NCBI GenBank assembly: GCA_944391855.1
Contig: CALXVB010000003.1
Location: 1-64,000 of the forward strand
Source of the DNA: an uncultured Clostridia bacterium
GTDB lineage: Bacteria; Bacillota; Clostridia; TANB77; CAG-508
Direction of reading: 5' to 3'
Length of the DNA: 64,000 bases
Shown here piece by piece: positions 30,395 to 38,904 of the stretch. Each line of letters opens with the position of its first letter. Position 1 is the stretch's first letter. The position numbers and the translations under genes were made by a program. Below the pieces are notes generated by a model. It was given only the letters and a program-made list of their open reading frames with translations. It made no database searches and was not told where the DNA came from.

Positions 30395-30410
30395 ATTAAT
30401 TCTCCTTTTT

Positions 30411-31259
30411 TTATTTTTTAGCCCCTATGGACTTAAATTGTTCAACAATATCTTTATAGCTTTTTTGCAAAGTTTCCATCGTATTCTTACCTGCTTTTTG
30501 TATGTCTTCTGTTTTATTTTCATTTATAGATTTATTCTTTCCCTCTTCATTTTCTTTCGAAATAGAATAAACCCACACAGGGGCCAGAAGGAAGTTTATT
30601 CCAAGGATAAGAAGCATCATTCCACCATATGACATTCCCCAGTTTTCCTCCATTGAAACAACACTCATAATAACAATACCAACAATAAGCATTATTATTC
30701 CAACACCTACCAAGAGTGCACTAAGACATAGTTTTTTGTTCTTTCTTACAAAATTCATGGTTCCACGCTTGGATACTTTTGCAATCGTCTTTTTGTATAA
30801 TTCTTCAATATATGCAAATTCCGGTGTGTTGCCAAATGAAAGTTTTGCTTTATGATATGTCTGTTCCAATTTAGCCATCCAAGCATCATCTGTCTCATAA
30901 TTAGTGTCTTCTAAATTCGAAACTGCCAAAATAAAGAAATCGTAAATATCCTCTTTTGTATTAGTGACATAGAAATTGGTTATCAACTCAATTTTCTTGT
31001 CGACAGTTTCAGTTTTCTCTATCTTTCGAGCAAGTTCACTAACTAGACTATCAACTTTTACGCTTCGGAGTTCATATCCACAAGAAGGACAGTTCGTAGC
31101 AAAAGATTTTAGTAACTCTCCACAATTAGGACACTTATGTATTTCACCATCATATTTTATTTTTCTTTCTAAAGTCTCTTTTTCTATTGGATTTCCACAT
31201 TTTGAACAAAACTTATCATTATCTTTAAGTTCATTTCCACAATTTTTACAATATATCAT
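30411..31259 (-). CDS. Double zinc-ribbon membrane protein (YdjG-like partner of the SPFH protein)
   Basis: MIYCKNCGNELKDNDKFCSKCGNPI plus a second CPNCG...CPSCG ribbon. Two C-terminal TM helices. Confidence 0.6.
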   Translation of the reverse strand: MIYCKNCGNELKDNDKFCSKCGNPIEKETLERKIKYDGEIHKCPNCGELLKSFATNCPSCGYELRSVKVDSLVSELARKIEKTETVDKKIELITNFYVTNTKEDIYDFFILAVSNLEDTNYETDDAWMAKLEQTYHKAKLSFGNTPEFAYIEELYKKTIAKVSKRGTMNFVRKNKKLCLSALLVGVGIIMLIVGIVIMSVVSMEENWGMSYGGMMLLILGINFLLAPVWVYSISKENEEGKNKSINENKTEDIQKAGKNTMETLQKSYKDIVEQFKSIGAKK

Positions 31260-31287
31260 ATTATTTCCCCTTTATTTTTTCTTTTAT

Positions 31288-31500
31288 TTATATATTATTC
31301 TCTTTTACTGCATCACAAATGTCCCCAATATTGCAATCTAAATATTCGCAAATTCGTAGAAGAATAGAAAGTGCTACTTCTTCGTTTCTACGTAACTTTG
31401 TCATTGTTCCTGTTGCAATATTTAATTCCTTCCTGAGTGTAGCTTGTGATATATCTTTTTCAATAAGTAATATCCATAATTTTTTATAACTTATCTTCAT
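31288..31500 (-). CDS. Small XRE-family HTH transcriptional regulator
   Basis: 70 aa. KKLWILLIEKDISQATLRKELNIATGTMTKLRRNEEVALSILLRICEYLDCNIGDI is a typical HTH_26-type regulator. Confidence 0.8.
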   Translation of the reverse strand: MKISYKKLWILLIEKDISQATLRKELNIATGTMTKLRRNEEVALSILLRICEYLDCNIGDICDAVKENNI

Positions 31501-31628
31501 TCTATGACACCCTATCCTTATAAATTATATACTTCATGTGTTAAAAAATCAAGCTTTTTTCGCATCTTTTTTGTTGTTTTTCTTAAGTTCTTGCGATTTT
31601 TTTATGTTTCATTTATGTTTAAAATTTA

Positions 31629-32048
31629 TTATTTACTATATGGAATTATAAATATATTATTTCCACCTGTTTCTTCACCATTAAATATTATTTTTACAGA
31701 ATCTTCTTGCCACTCTACTTTATAGTTATCTTCATGTAGCCTGGCCCCATCATTTGCTAATTCTGTCTCAAAAGTAACTTCATTAACTTTATCTAAATCA
31801 TCATTCTTGAGCCAATTTCCATAAAAACGTACAGCTATTTTCTGTGGTCCAAAAAACATAGATTCTCCTACTGTATAGCAGCTAACAACGTATTTTCCAT
31901 CAGCAGATTCTTCTTTAAACCATAAAACCTCATTATCTCCAATTAAAAATCCTATTAAATTGAAAAACAAAACAATTCCTAAAATCACGGCAGTAATAAT
32001 AAACAGTACCATAAATGTTGTGTATTTGTTATCTTTCATATATTCCAC
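31629..32048 (-). CDS. Membrane-anchored hypothetical protein
   Basis: 139 aa with one N-terminal TM helix and no motif I recognise. 22 nt downstream of the GT-C gene. Confidence 0.4.
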   Translation of the reverse strand: MEYMKDNKYTTFMVLFIITAVILGIVLFFNLIGFLIGDNEVLWFKEESADGKYVVSCYTVGESMFFGPQKIAVRFYGNWLKNDDLDKVNEVTFETELANDGARLHEDNYKVEWQEDSVKIIFNGEETGGNNIFIIPYSK

Positions 32049-32070
32049 ACCTCTTATACTTTATTTACTC

Positions 32071-33651
32071 TTAATACACATAATACGCATCACAAGAAGT
32101 TAATCTTTGCAAATATCTAGAATTATCTAAATCTAACGCATCTTTTACTGTATTTATTATAATATCTGTATTTTCTCCTTGATTTAGTAAAACAATAACT
32201 CCTTTTGACGTATCTTTTCCTTTAAACATTTTTTGTATGTTTTCTTCGGTGTATTCCATATCTTTTGTAATATATGAGTTATTAAGTTTTTCAAATGTTA
32301 AAATATCATCAAATAATCTATCTTTTCCTGATTCATATAAATAAATTGTTGGTACATTTAGTTCTCCACTTATTTCATTCATAAATCCTTTCAAATCGTC
32401 ATATAATAGTTCTGGTTTTAATTTAAAAATAAATGGAGATATTAATATTATACAAAATAGTAATGATATAGTTATGTTAGTTATTTTTTCTCCAAATCCA
32501 TTTTGTAAAAGTTTGTATAACCAATAAATAGCTAGTACAAATATAATTCCACATACTGGCGCTACATATCTTAAAACATGCCATGGTGAAGCAATAGCTG
32601 TTATTAAGATAAAGATAATACTAGGCACACTTATCATTATTAAAATATTTTTTGTTTCTTTTTCTAATCCTATTTTTCCTTTTTTTCGTATTTTTGTATA
32701 AATCCACGCTAATATTACTACAATTAAAATAAAGTATAGTAAATTGTTAAATCCATATTCATTTAATACATTTATCTGCTGTGCTATTCCTGTAATAAAT
32801 AAATCTGTAGCCTTTAAATTTTCTATTACTCCTTGTCCTCTATATCCAAAGAACATGTGCTTAATTGAATATGGGAATATTATTAAAGAAATTATTCCTG
32901 CAATAGCCATTGTTAAAGTGTAATATGCAAGTTTCTTTATTTGTTTTTCTCTAATATATTTTACCAAAAATACTAAGTATGTTGGTAACAAATAGAATAA
33001 GTAGTAGTAATGTGTTAATACTCCAGCAAGTACTGTAATTCCAATTAATATTAATAGTTTAAAGTTTATTTCTTCCTTTTTTGATAATTGTATATGTAAA
33101 AATATCGTTATTAATACTTCTAATGTTAATAGACAGTACATTCTAACATATATTACATTGCTTATTGCTGCTAACGTAATTGAAGATATGAACGCTAACA
33201 ACATTGACTTAATATTCGCATTTTTATCATTTTTAAATAGCTCTTTTAATATTAAATACGTAAATATTGTAATAAAAATATATATGATAAAGTTTAGTAT
33301 AAAACCTGGCCATTGAGAAAAATGTCCGTCTGTAAATTCCATACAAATTCTAAGTAGTAAATAATATAATGGTGGGTGTACGTCATTTTTTTGATTTTCA
33401 TATACTGGTCTAAAATCCCATTTTTCATCTTCTTGTACTGCTAGATAATCGTCAAAATACTCTCCGCTGTGCCATGTATTATAAAAGTCTGGATTATCTT
33501 GTATTTCAATTTTATCGTAATTTGTAAGTCCAAATGAATATGCCTCATCTATGTGTAAATATGGATTATTCATTCCAACAAAAATATATATTATAGTTTG
33601 CAATACTAAAAGAATAATAAATAAAATTATTTCTTTCTTTTTCATTAACAT
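32071..33651 (-). CDS. GT-C fold glycosyltransferase (ArnT/PMT-like, polytopic membrane protein)
   Basis: 526 aa with more than 10 TM helices. First-loop motifs HIDEAYSFG and DVHPPLYYLLL are typical of the ArnT/PMT_2 families. Confidence 0.7.
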   Translation of the reverse strand: MLMKKKEIILFIILLVLQTIIYIFVGMNNPYLHIDEAYSFGLTNYDKIEIQDNPDFYNTWHSGEYFDDYLAVQEDEKWDFRPVYENQKNDVHPPLYYLLLRICMEFTDGHFSQWPGFILNFIIYIFITIFTYLILKELFKNDKNANIKSMLLAFISSITLAAISNVIYVRMYCLLTLEVLITIFLHIQLSKKEEINFKLLILIGITVLAGVLTHYYYLFYLLPTYLVFLVKYIREKQIKKLAYYTLTMAIAGIISLIIFPYSIKHMFFGYRGQGVIENLKATDLFITGIAQQINVLNEYGFNNLLYFILIVVILAWIYTKIRKKGKIGLEKETKNILIMISVPSIIFILITAIASPWHVLRYVAPVCGIIFVLAIYWLYKLLQNGFGEKITNITISLLFCIILISPFIFKLKPELLYDDLKGFMNEISGELNVPTIYLYESGKDRLFDDILTFEKLNNSYITKDMEYTEENIQKMFKGKDTSKGVIVLLNQGENTDIIINTVKDALDLDNSRYLQRLTSCDAYYVY

Positions 33652-33795
33652 TCCCCTTTTATTTACTTTAGTTTACACAAAGATTATACAACAAAAATAT
33701 TTAATTAGCAATTATGGGTTTTATAGTTATATAATTGATTTCGTTTTTTTACTATGGTAATATATATGTATATTTAAAATATTAGGAGTAACGAA

Positions 33796-34029
33796 ATGTG
33801 CCGAAAAAAATGGGATGAAAGAATGTATGATAAAAAGTGGGATGAAATGCAAAAATACAAAGAATTTGATAAAAGCAACTTTAAAGGAATTGATCATTTT
33901 TCTAAAATATTTAATATAATTTTTAACTTTTTTAGGTTTTCCTTTTTAGGAATTTGTATTCTTGCAATTGTTATAGCTTTGCTAATTTACGTTATATATA
34001 TAATTACTTTTCCAGGTTTTAGTTTTTAG
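33796..34029 (+). CDS. Small tail-anchored membrane protein with internal KKWDE repeat
   Basis: 77 aa. SD AGGAG 7 nt before the ATG. KKWDERMY / KKWDEMQKY repeat. C-terminal TM helix. Followed by the 34043-34080 terminator. Confidence 0.4.
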   Translation: MCRKKWDERMYDKKWDEMQKYKEFDKSNFKGIDHFSKIFNIIFNFFRFSFLGICILAIVIALLIYVIYIITFPGFSF

Positions 34030-34042
34030 GTAATACATATAA

Positions 34043-34080
34043 ACACCTAAATGAATTATTAATCATTTAGGTGTTTTCTT
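34043..34080. terminator. Bidirectional terminator
   Basis: ACACCTAAATGA / TCATTTAGGTGT 12-bp stem (34043-34054 / 34063-34074) with T-runs on both strands. Confidence 0.7.
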
Positions 34081-34083
34081 TGT

Positions 34084-35856
34084 TTAATCTCTTATTTCAT
34101 TTACATTATCATTTGGGCTCGTTTCTGTTTTTTCCTCATTTCCTTTATTATTTTCTGTTGTACTTGTACTTTCGCTAGGTTTTTGTGTTGTTTCATTTTT
34201 CTTTGTTCCTCTTCTTATTATTCTAGTCATTGGGTCATATGTGTCTTTAGAAAGTAATGTTTTAGAAACAACTTCTCCATTTAATTTTAAAATTTTATAT
34301 GCTTCACTTGTACAACCTGTATATCCTGACTGTTCTACTACTTCTTTTCCTTCTTCTAAAGTATTATCATTTTCATATTTTGTAGTATATGGTATATATG
34401 AAAGTATTACTGATTGTATAACAACCTCATATTCTGTCTCTTCTTTTATTCCATATATACTCATTGTACATACTCCATTTTCTGCTACTGCTTCTATTTT
34501 TATAGGGTATGTTCTATTGTTTTTAAATTGAAAATCTATTGACCCCCAAGCTACTGTAGCATCTCTTCCTGCTGAAACATATGAAGTTAAGAATTGATGA
34601 TTGCTTCTATCTACAATTTCTAAATTTGCATATAGAACCGCGTTATATAGTGTGGATGAAGTTTGGCATATTCCTCCTCCAACGTCTTGCACAACTTTTC
34701 CGCCTGCATAAGCACCAGCTTCTTTATACCCTTCTGCTATTGTTCTTTCTCCTACAACTTGGTTATATGAAAAAGTTTCTCCAGGCATTACTATTGTCCC
34801 GTCAATTTTTTTAGCTGATATTGAAATATTATTGCTTCTATTAAGATTTGTTGGATCATATCTCGTTGTATATGTACCTAGTTCATCTGGGAAAGCTTCC
34901 TCTCCTAAATCTTCTAATGTTTTGTCTGGAATAGTAATTTTTAATGGAATTACATATTCTTCTTTGTCTTCTTCTAATATTTTTTGAGCTTCTTCCATTG
35001 ATATTGCAAAATCAACACCATTTACATGTGTATGTACTGTTGTTGGGTTTTTTGATACATATGCATCTTGTGGCTCTTTATATATTTCATTTCTTATTTG
35101 CTCTAAATTTATTTCATCTGGTTCTACTTCTTCTGTTGGAATTGTAACTATATCATACTTTTTGTTTACGTCTTTTATTTTACTTAATATGTTTTCTTTT
35201 AATTCATCCTTTCTAATAGAAATTCCTGGAGTTCCTTTTACTATAATTAGTTCTTCATCTTCTATATAGTAACTATTTTGAACAACTGCCCCTGGAAGTT
35301 TTGAAGAAATATCATCAATTTTTTTATTTAACGATTCTTCGTCAAAATTGAAATTACATTCTATATTTTTCCCAAATAGCCATGTACCTAGTATTCCATA
35401 ATTATTTGTAATAATGTTTCCATCTCTTCCTATATTGTATGCCTCATTTACCGCTGTATCTATATCAAATTGCGCATTTATCTGATTAGCATTTAAGCTA
35501 GTTTCGTAGTCATCCTTTTTCAAAATTAATTCTTCTTGCACTTTAGTATTAATTACTTCTGTTACAGCTTCTTTTGCTTTTTCTTTTGACATGTTGCTAA
35601 CGTCAATTCCCATTATTGAAACATTATTCAATATATTTTCATTATTTATACTTATTAAAGAGAAAATTACAGAAAAAATTAATAGAAAAATTATTAAAAC
35701 AGAACCCGCTATTATTGGTAGCATAGATTTCTTTTTGCCTTTATTTTTTTCTTTTTGTCCTACCTCTTTTTTGTTACTTTTTTCTTTAGCTACTATTTTT
35801 TCATTTTTTTCTTCTTTCTCATTGTTTTCGTCCATAAAATCTATTTCTCCTATCAT
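34084..35856 (-). CDS. VanW-family protein (YoaR-like; N-terminal anchor, PG-binding-like region, VanW domain, C-terminal low-complexity tail)
   Basis: VanW core GGGICQTSSTLYNAVLYANLEIVDRSNH. N-terminal Lys/Glu-rich segment plus a TM helix. Confidence 0.85.
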   Translation of the reverse strand: MIGEIDFMDENNEKEEKNEKIVAKEKSNKKEVGQKEKNKGKKKSMLPIIAGSVLIIFLLIFSVIFSLISINNENILNNVSIMGIDVSNMSKEKAKEAVTEVINTKVQEELILKKDDYETSLNANQINAQFDIDTAVNEAYNIGRDGNIITNNYGILGTWLFGKNIECNFNFDEESLNKKIDDISSKLPGAVVQNSYYIEDEELIIVKGTPGISIRKDELKENILSKIKDVNKKYDIVTIPTEEVEPDEINLEQIRNEIYKEPQDAYVSKNPTTVHTHVNGVDFAISMEEAQKILEEDKEEYVIPLKITIPDKTLEDLGEEAFPDELGTYTTRYDPTNLNRSNNISISAKKIDGTIVMPGETFSYNQVVGERTIAEGYKEAGAYAGGKVVQDVGGGICQTSSTLYNAVLYANLEIVDRSNHQFLTSYVSAGRDATVAWGSIDFQFKNNRTYPIKIEAVAENGVCTMSIYGIKEETEYEVVIQSVILSYIPYTTKYENDNTLEEGKEVVEQSGYTGCTSEAYKILKLNGEVVSKTLLSKDTYDPMTRIIRRGTKKNETTQKPSESTSTTENNKGNEEKTETSPNDNVNEIRD

Positions 35857-36015
35857 AATAAATTTTATACATTTTAATAAATTTATATTACCATAAGTGT
35901 TTATTTTTTACAATATTTTTTTCTCCTTTATTTTACAAAAAAATCTTTTTTTAGCTAGACTTTTATTTTGTTTTTAGGTATAATAAAATAAATTTTGGAG
36001 AAGAGGTTGGTATAA

Positions 36016-36603
36016 ATGATTGGAGATTTGATATCTAGAATACGTACAGAGAGAAACATGTCAAAAGCAGAACTTGCAAGGCATACAAATATTAATATTG
36101 GACACATTGCTCATATTGAAAAAGAGGAAAGAAATCCTAGTCATAGAGCATTGAGGTCTATTTGCAGAGCTTTAGAAGTTCCTTGTCAACCTTTAATGTA
36201 TACATATGATAAGATTTTTACTGAAGAACAAAAAAATAACAAAATGCCTGAACATATTTCATATAATAAAATTTTGGCGGTAGATTCACTAGACTCATTT
36301 ATGGAATGTCCTGTTGACTTTCCTACAGCTGCTTTAGCTTTAAAAGTTCCTGATGATTCAATGGCACCACGTTTAGAAAAGGGTGTATTTGCTTTTATAG
36401 AGCTTAACTCTCCTTTAGAGAATAAAGATATTGGTCTTTTTGAGTATGATGGAAAGATTATTATGCGTAGATATGTAATAAGAAAAGATTCATTAGTTTT
36501 AAGAGCTGATAATAAAGAATTTACAGATATAGCTCTTACGGAAAATACTAAATATACTATTATAGGTAAAATCCTTGGAACAAATACAGGTCTAATTTTC
36601 TAA
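36016..36603 (+). CDS. XRE-HTH / peptidase S24 (LexA-like) repressor
   Basis: N-terminal HTH (RTERNMSKAELARHTNINIGHIAHIEKEERNPS). C-terminal S24-type fold with VPDDSMAP and IMRRYVIRKDSLVLRADN. Confidence 0.7.
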   Translation: MIGDLISRIRTERNMSKAELARHTNINIGHIAHIEKEERNPSHRALRSICRALEVPCQPLMYTYDKIFTEEQKNNKMPEHISYNKILAVDSLDSFMECPVDFPTAALALKVPDDSMAPRLEKGVFAFIELNSPLENKDIGLFEYDGKIIMRRYVIRKDSLVLRADNKEFTDIALTENTKYTIIGKILGTNTGLIF

Positions 36604-36729
36604 ATATACTTATCAAAAACTTATCAAAAAATATAAAATTTTACAATTTTTTTCAAAAAAGTATTGAATATTTTATTTTTTAATAATATAATTTAATATA
36701 TTATTAACGAGAGATAAAAGGAGTTAGAG

Positions 36730-37194
36730 ATGGAGTTAGTAAAGAATATATTTTTCAATACAGATAAATTAATAGAAAATGATACAGTTAAAATTTCATA
36801 TACAGGTAAGCTTTTTCAAGAAGATTCTGAAGAAGTCTTTGTTCACTATGGCTTCGGAAATAGCTGGGAAAACTTAAATGAGATACAAATGGAAAAAACT
36901 GAATTAGGATTTCAAGCAGAAATTGAATTAATGTCTAGTGACACATTAAATTTATGTTTTAGAAATTCAAATAATGAGTGGGATAACAATGATTCTCAAA
37001 ACTATATCTTTCCTATAGAAAAGGCAGAACTTTCTTTAGTAGTAAAAGAAGATGCTGAAGTAGATGCCCCACGTAGACTAAGAAAAACATATTTATGGAG
37101 TAAGAAAATACGTTTAGCAGTATATAAAATAATAACTTATTTACCAAAAATAATTTCAGGAAATTATAAAAGAAAAATTAAAAACGAAGAATAA
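36730..37194 (+). CDS. CBM25/CBM53-like (starch/glycogen-binding type) domain protein with basic C-terminal tail, no signal peptide
   Basis: VKISYTGKLF...VFVHYGFGNSWENLNEIQMEKTELGFQAEIEL...LNLCFRNSNNEWDNNDSQNYIFPI follows the Y.G.L / H.G.n.W / WDNN..NY pattern of that CBM family as I remember it. Confidence 0.5.
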   Translation: MELVKNIFFNTDKLIENDTVKISYTGKLFQEDSEEVFVHYGFGNSWENLNEIQMEKTELGFQAEIELMSSDTLNLCFRNSNNEWDNNDSQNYIFPIEKAELSLVVKEDAEVDAPRRLRKTYLWSKKIRLAVYKIITYLPKIISGNYKRKIKNEE

Positions 37195-37251
37195 TAATTT
37201 GATATAAATATATAAAAGTAGTAGAAAAATTTAGTTTCTACTACTTTATTT

Positions 37252-38010
37252 TTACATATACCATCCACCATTTATCGAAATAACTTCTCCTGTTGTATAA
37301 TCATCTTCTATAAGCCATTTTACACATTTCGCGATATTTTGTGCCTGTCCTATTCTTTCTAATGGAATTTCCTCTTTTATTCTTTTTATATCTTCTTCAG
37401 AATATTCTTTATTCATATCTGTATCGATTATTCCTGGTGCTATTGCATTAACACGTATATTTGAAGGTCCTAATTCTTTAGCAAGTGCTTTAGTAAATCC
37501 TATTAACCCTGCTTTCGCTGTAGAATAATGCACTTCCATGCTACTTCCGGTAATTCCCCATATAGAGGAAATATTTATTATTAATCCATTTTTTTGATTA
37601 ATCATGCTTTTGGATGCTTTTCTTGTACAATAAAATGCTGAATTTAAATTATTATTTATCATATTATTCCAGTCTTCATCTGTTATTTCTGTAAATAATT
37701 TTGACTGTGCTATTCCAGCATTATTAATAAGTACGTCTATTTTTCCATACTTATCTAAGGCATATTGTATTAGACTTTCTGCTTCTTCTTTTTTAGACAC
37801 GTCTGCTTTATATATATCTACAGAAATTCCTGCTTCTTTTAACTCATTTTCCACATTTTTGGCACAGTTTTCACTTTTGTTATAGTTTAGTATTACAGTA
37901 TATCCTCCCATTGCTAAATACTTTACTATTTCTCTACCTATTCCTCTTGAGCTTCCTGTTACTATAACTACTTTATTATTTAGTGTATTTTTTTCTTGAT
38001 TTTCTACCAT
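37252..38010 (-). CDS. Short-chain dehydrogenase/reductase (FabG-like 3-oxoacyl reductase)
   Basis: VVIVTGSSRGIGREI (TGxxxGxG), NNAG and YSTAKAG (YxxxK). Confidence 0.85.
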   Translation of the reverse strand: MVENQEKNTLNNKVVIVTGSSRGIGREIVKYLAMGGYTVILNYNKSENCAKNVENELKEAGISVDIYKADVSKKEEAESLIQYALDKYGKIDVLINNAGIAQSKLFTEITDEDWNNMINNNLNSAFYCTRKASKSMINQKNGLIINISSIWGITGSSMEVHYSTAKAGLIGFTKALAKELGPSNIRVNAIAPGIIDTDMNKEYSEEDIKRIKEEIPLERIGQAQNIAKCVKWLIEDDYTTGEVISINGGWYM

Positions 38011-38035
38011 GATTTAAATTCGCCCCCTTATATGT

Positions 38036-38070
38036 TGAAAAAAAGAAGAACTAGAAATTCCAGTTCTTCT
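38036..38070 (-). terminator. Terminator of the tRNA operon
   Basis: AGAAGAACT / AGTTCTTCT stem (38044-38052 / 38062-38070). A T-run follows on the minus strand (complement of 38038-38043). Confidence 0.7.
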
Positions 38071-38077
38071 TTTAGCT

Positions 38078-38390
38078 TGGAGCCACTTGTCCGACTTGAA
38101 CGGACGACCTACTGATTCATACTACTATAATTTTCATTACCACCAAAGGTGTTTGTAGTCTGGACTTTCTCTTTACCATAGCTTATTTGCCTTAGGTACA
38201 CCGTATAAAGTCTCTACACTCGAAGATATAATCTTCTAGCTCGGGATTAGCATATATATAATTTAGCCTTCCCCGAATTAGCGGTGTCCACTATATATGT
38301 TTCCACATATAGGTGCAAGATAGTTCAAAATAAAACTTAAGTTTTATCTATCCCACAAGTCAGTTGCTCTACCAACTGAGCTAAAGTGGC
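38078..38390 (-). tRNA. tRNA-Thr (anticodon UGU) interrupted by a group I intron; exons 38390-38355 and 38117-38078
   Basis: The joined exons give GCCACTTTAGCTCAGTTGGTAGAGCAACTGACTTGT|AATCAGTAGGTCGTCCGTTCAAGTCGGACAAGTGGCTCCA. This is a perfect 76-nt cloverleaf with GCCACTT/AAGTGGC acceptor and loop CT-TGT-AA. Confidence 0.85.
38118..38354 (-). ncRNA. Group I intron (IC3-like, 237 nt) in the tRNA-Thr anticodon loop
   Basis: Follows U36 and ends in G. Internal guide CUAUCUUGCA (38323-38314) forms P1 with a U-G wobble at the splice site. Core GUGUAGAGACU..ACGGUGUACCUAAGGCAAAUAAGCUAUGG (38219-38176) closely resembles the Azoarcus tRNA-Ile intron core as recalled. No ORF inside. Confidence 0.8.
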
Positions 38391-38394
38391 ATCT

Positions 38395-38469
38395 TGGTGA
38401 CCCCGACGGGAATCGAACCCATGTCTCCGCCGTGAAAGGGCGATGTCTTAACCGCTTGACCACGGGGCC
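38395..38469 (-). tRNA. tRNA-Glu (anticodon UUC), CCA encoded
   Basis: Reverse complement GGCCCCGTGGTCAAGCGGTTAAGACATCGCCCTTTCACGGCGGAGACATGGGTTCGATTCCCGTCGGGGTCACCA. Loop CT-TTC-AC. 75 nt. Confidence 0.9.
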
Positions 38470-38505
38470 ATAAATCTGCACCAGGGCTTTGCAGCCCTAG
38501 TAGAT

Positions 38506-38581
38506 TGGTGAGCCATCGCGGACTCGAACCGCGGACAACTTGATTAAAAGTCAAGTGCTCTACCACCTGAGCTAATGACCC
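38506..38581 (-). tRNA. tRNA-Lys (anticodon UUU), CCA encoded
   Basis: Reverse complement GGGTCATTAGCTCAGGTGGTAGAGCACTTGACTTTTAATCAAGTTGTCCGCGGTTCGAGTCCGCGATGGCTCACCA. Loop CT-TTT-AA. Two G-U pairs in the acceptor stem. Confidence 0.85.
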
Positions 38582-38619
38582 AGATTTAGGCTTGCGTTTG
38601 TTTTGTAAACGCAAGTATT

Positions 38620-38648
38620 ATTTTAAACTATTTTTTTTAGTTTGTCAA
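38620..38648 (-). promoter_or_regulatory. Candidate promoter of the Lys-Glu-Thr tRNA operon
   Basis: Minus-strand TTGACA (complement of 38643-38648), 17 nt, TAAAAT (complement of 38620-38625). A leader hairpin CTTGCGTTT/AAACGCAAG (38591-38615) lies between the promoter and tRNA-Lys. Confidence 0.45.
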
Positions 38649-38718
38649 TACAATTTGTGAATTTTCTGTGAAATTTCCAATTATTTTTTAGTTTTTATAA
38701 TAATTTATATAAAATAAA

Positions 38719-38904
38719 TTATTTATTTAGCTTTTCTACTAGCTCATCTACATTTATTCCATGGACTTCACATGCTTCTTCAATAGTTTCTGCTTGAGAA
38801 GCTGGGCATCCTAAACAGTGCATACCTGCATCTAATAAAATTTCTGCTTTCTCTGGTGCCATTTCTAATAATTCTCCAATTTTTATATCTTTATCGATTT
38901 TCAT
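38719..38904 (-). CDS. DUF1858 / hybrid-cluster-associated redox-disulfide domain protein
   Basis: 61 aa. IGELLEMAPEKAEILLDAGMHCLGCPASQAETIEEACEVHGI is the typical DUF1858 pattern. Confidence 0.75.
   Translation of the reverse strand: MKIDKDIKIGELLEMAPEKAEILLDAGMHCLGCPASQAETIEEACEVHGINVDELVEKLNK

Noticed and set aside
38381-38614. 77-aa minus-strand ORF in the track (MRLQNKRKPKSGSLAQVVEHLTFNQ...)
   Set aside because: It is read straight through tRNA-Lys(UUU), tRNA-Glu and the 5' exon of tRNA-Thr. The relatively high G+C of the tRNAs keeps the frame open. It is not a gene.
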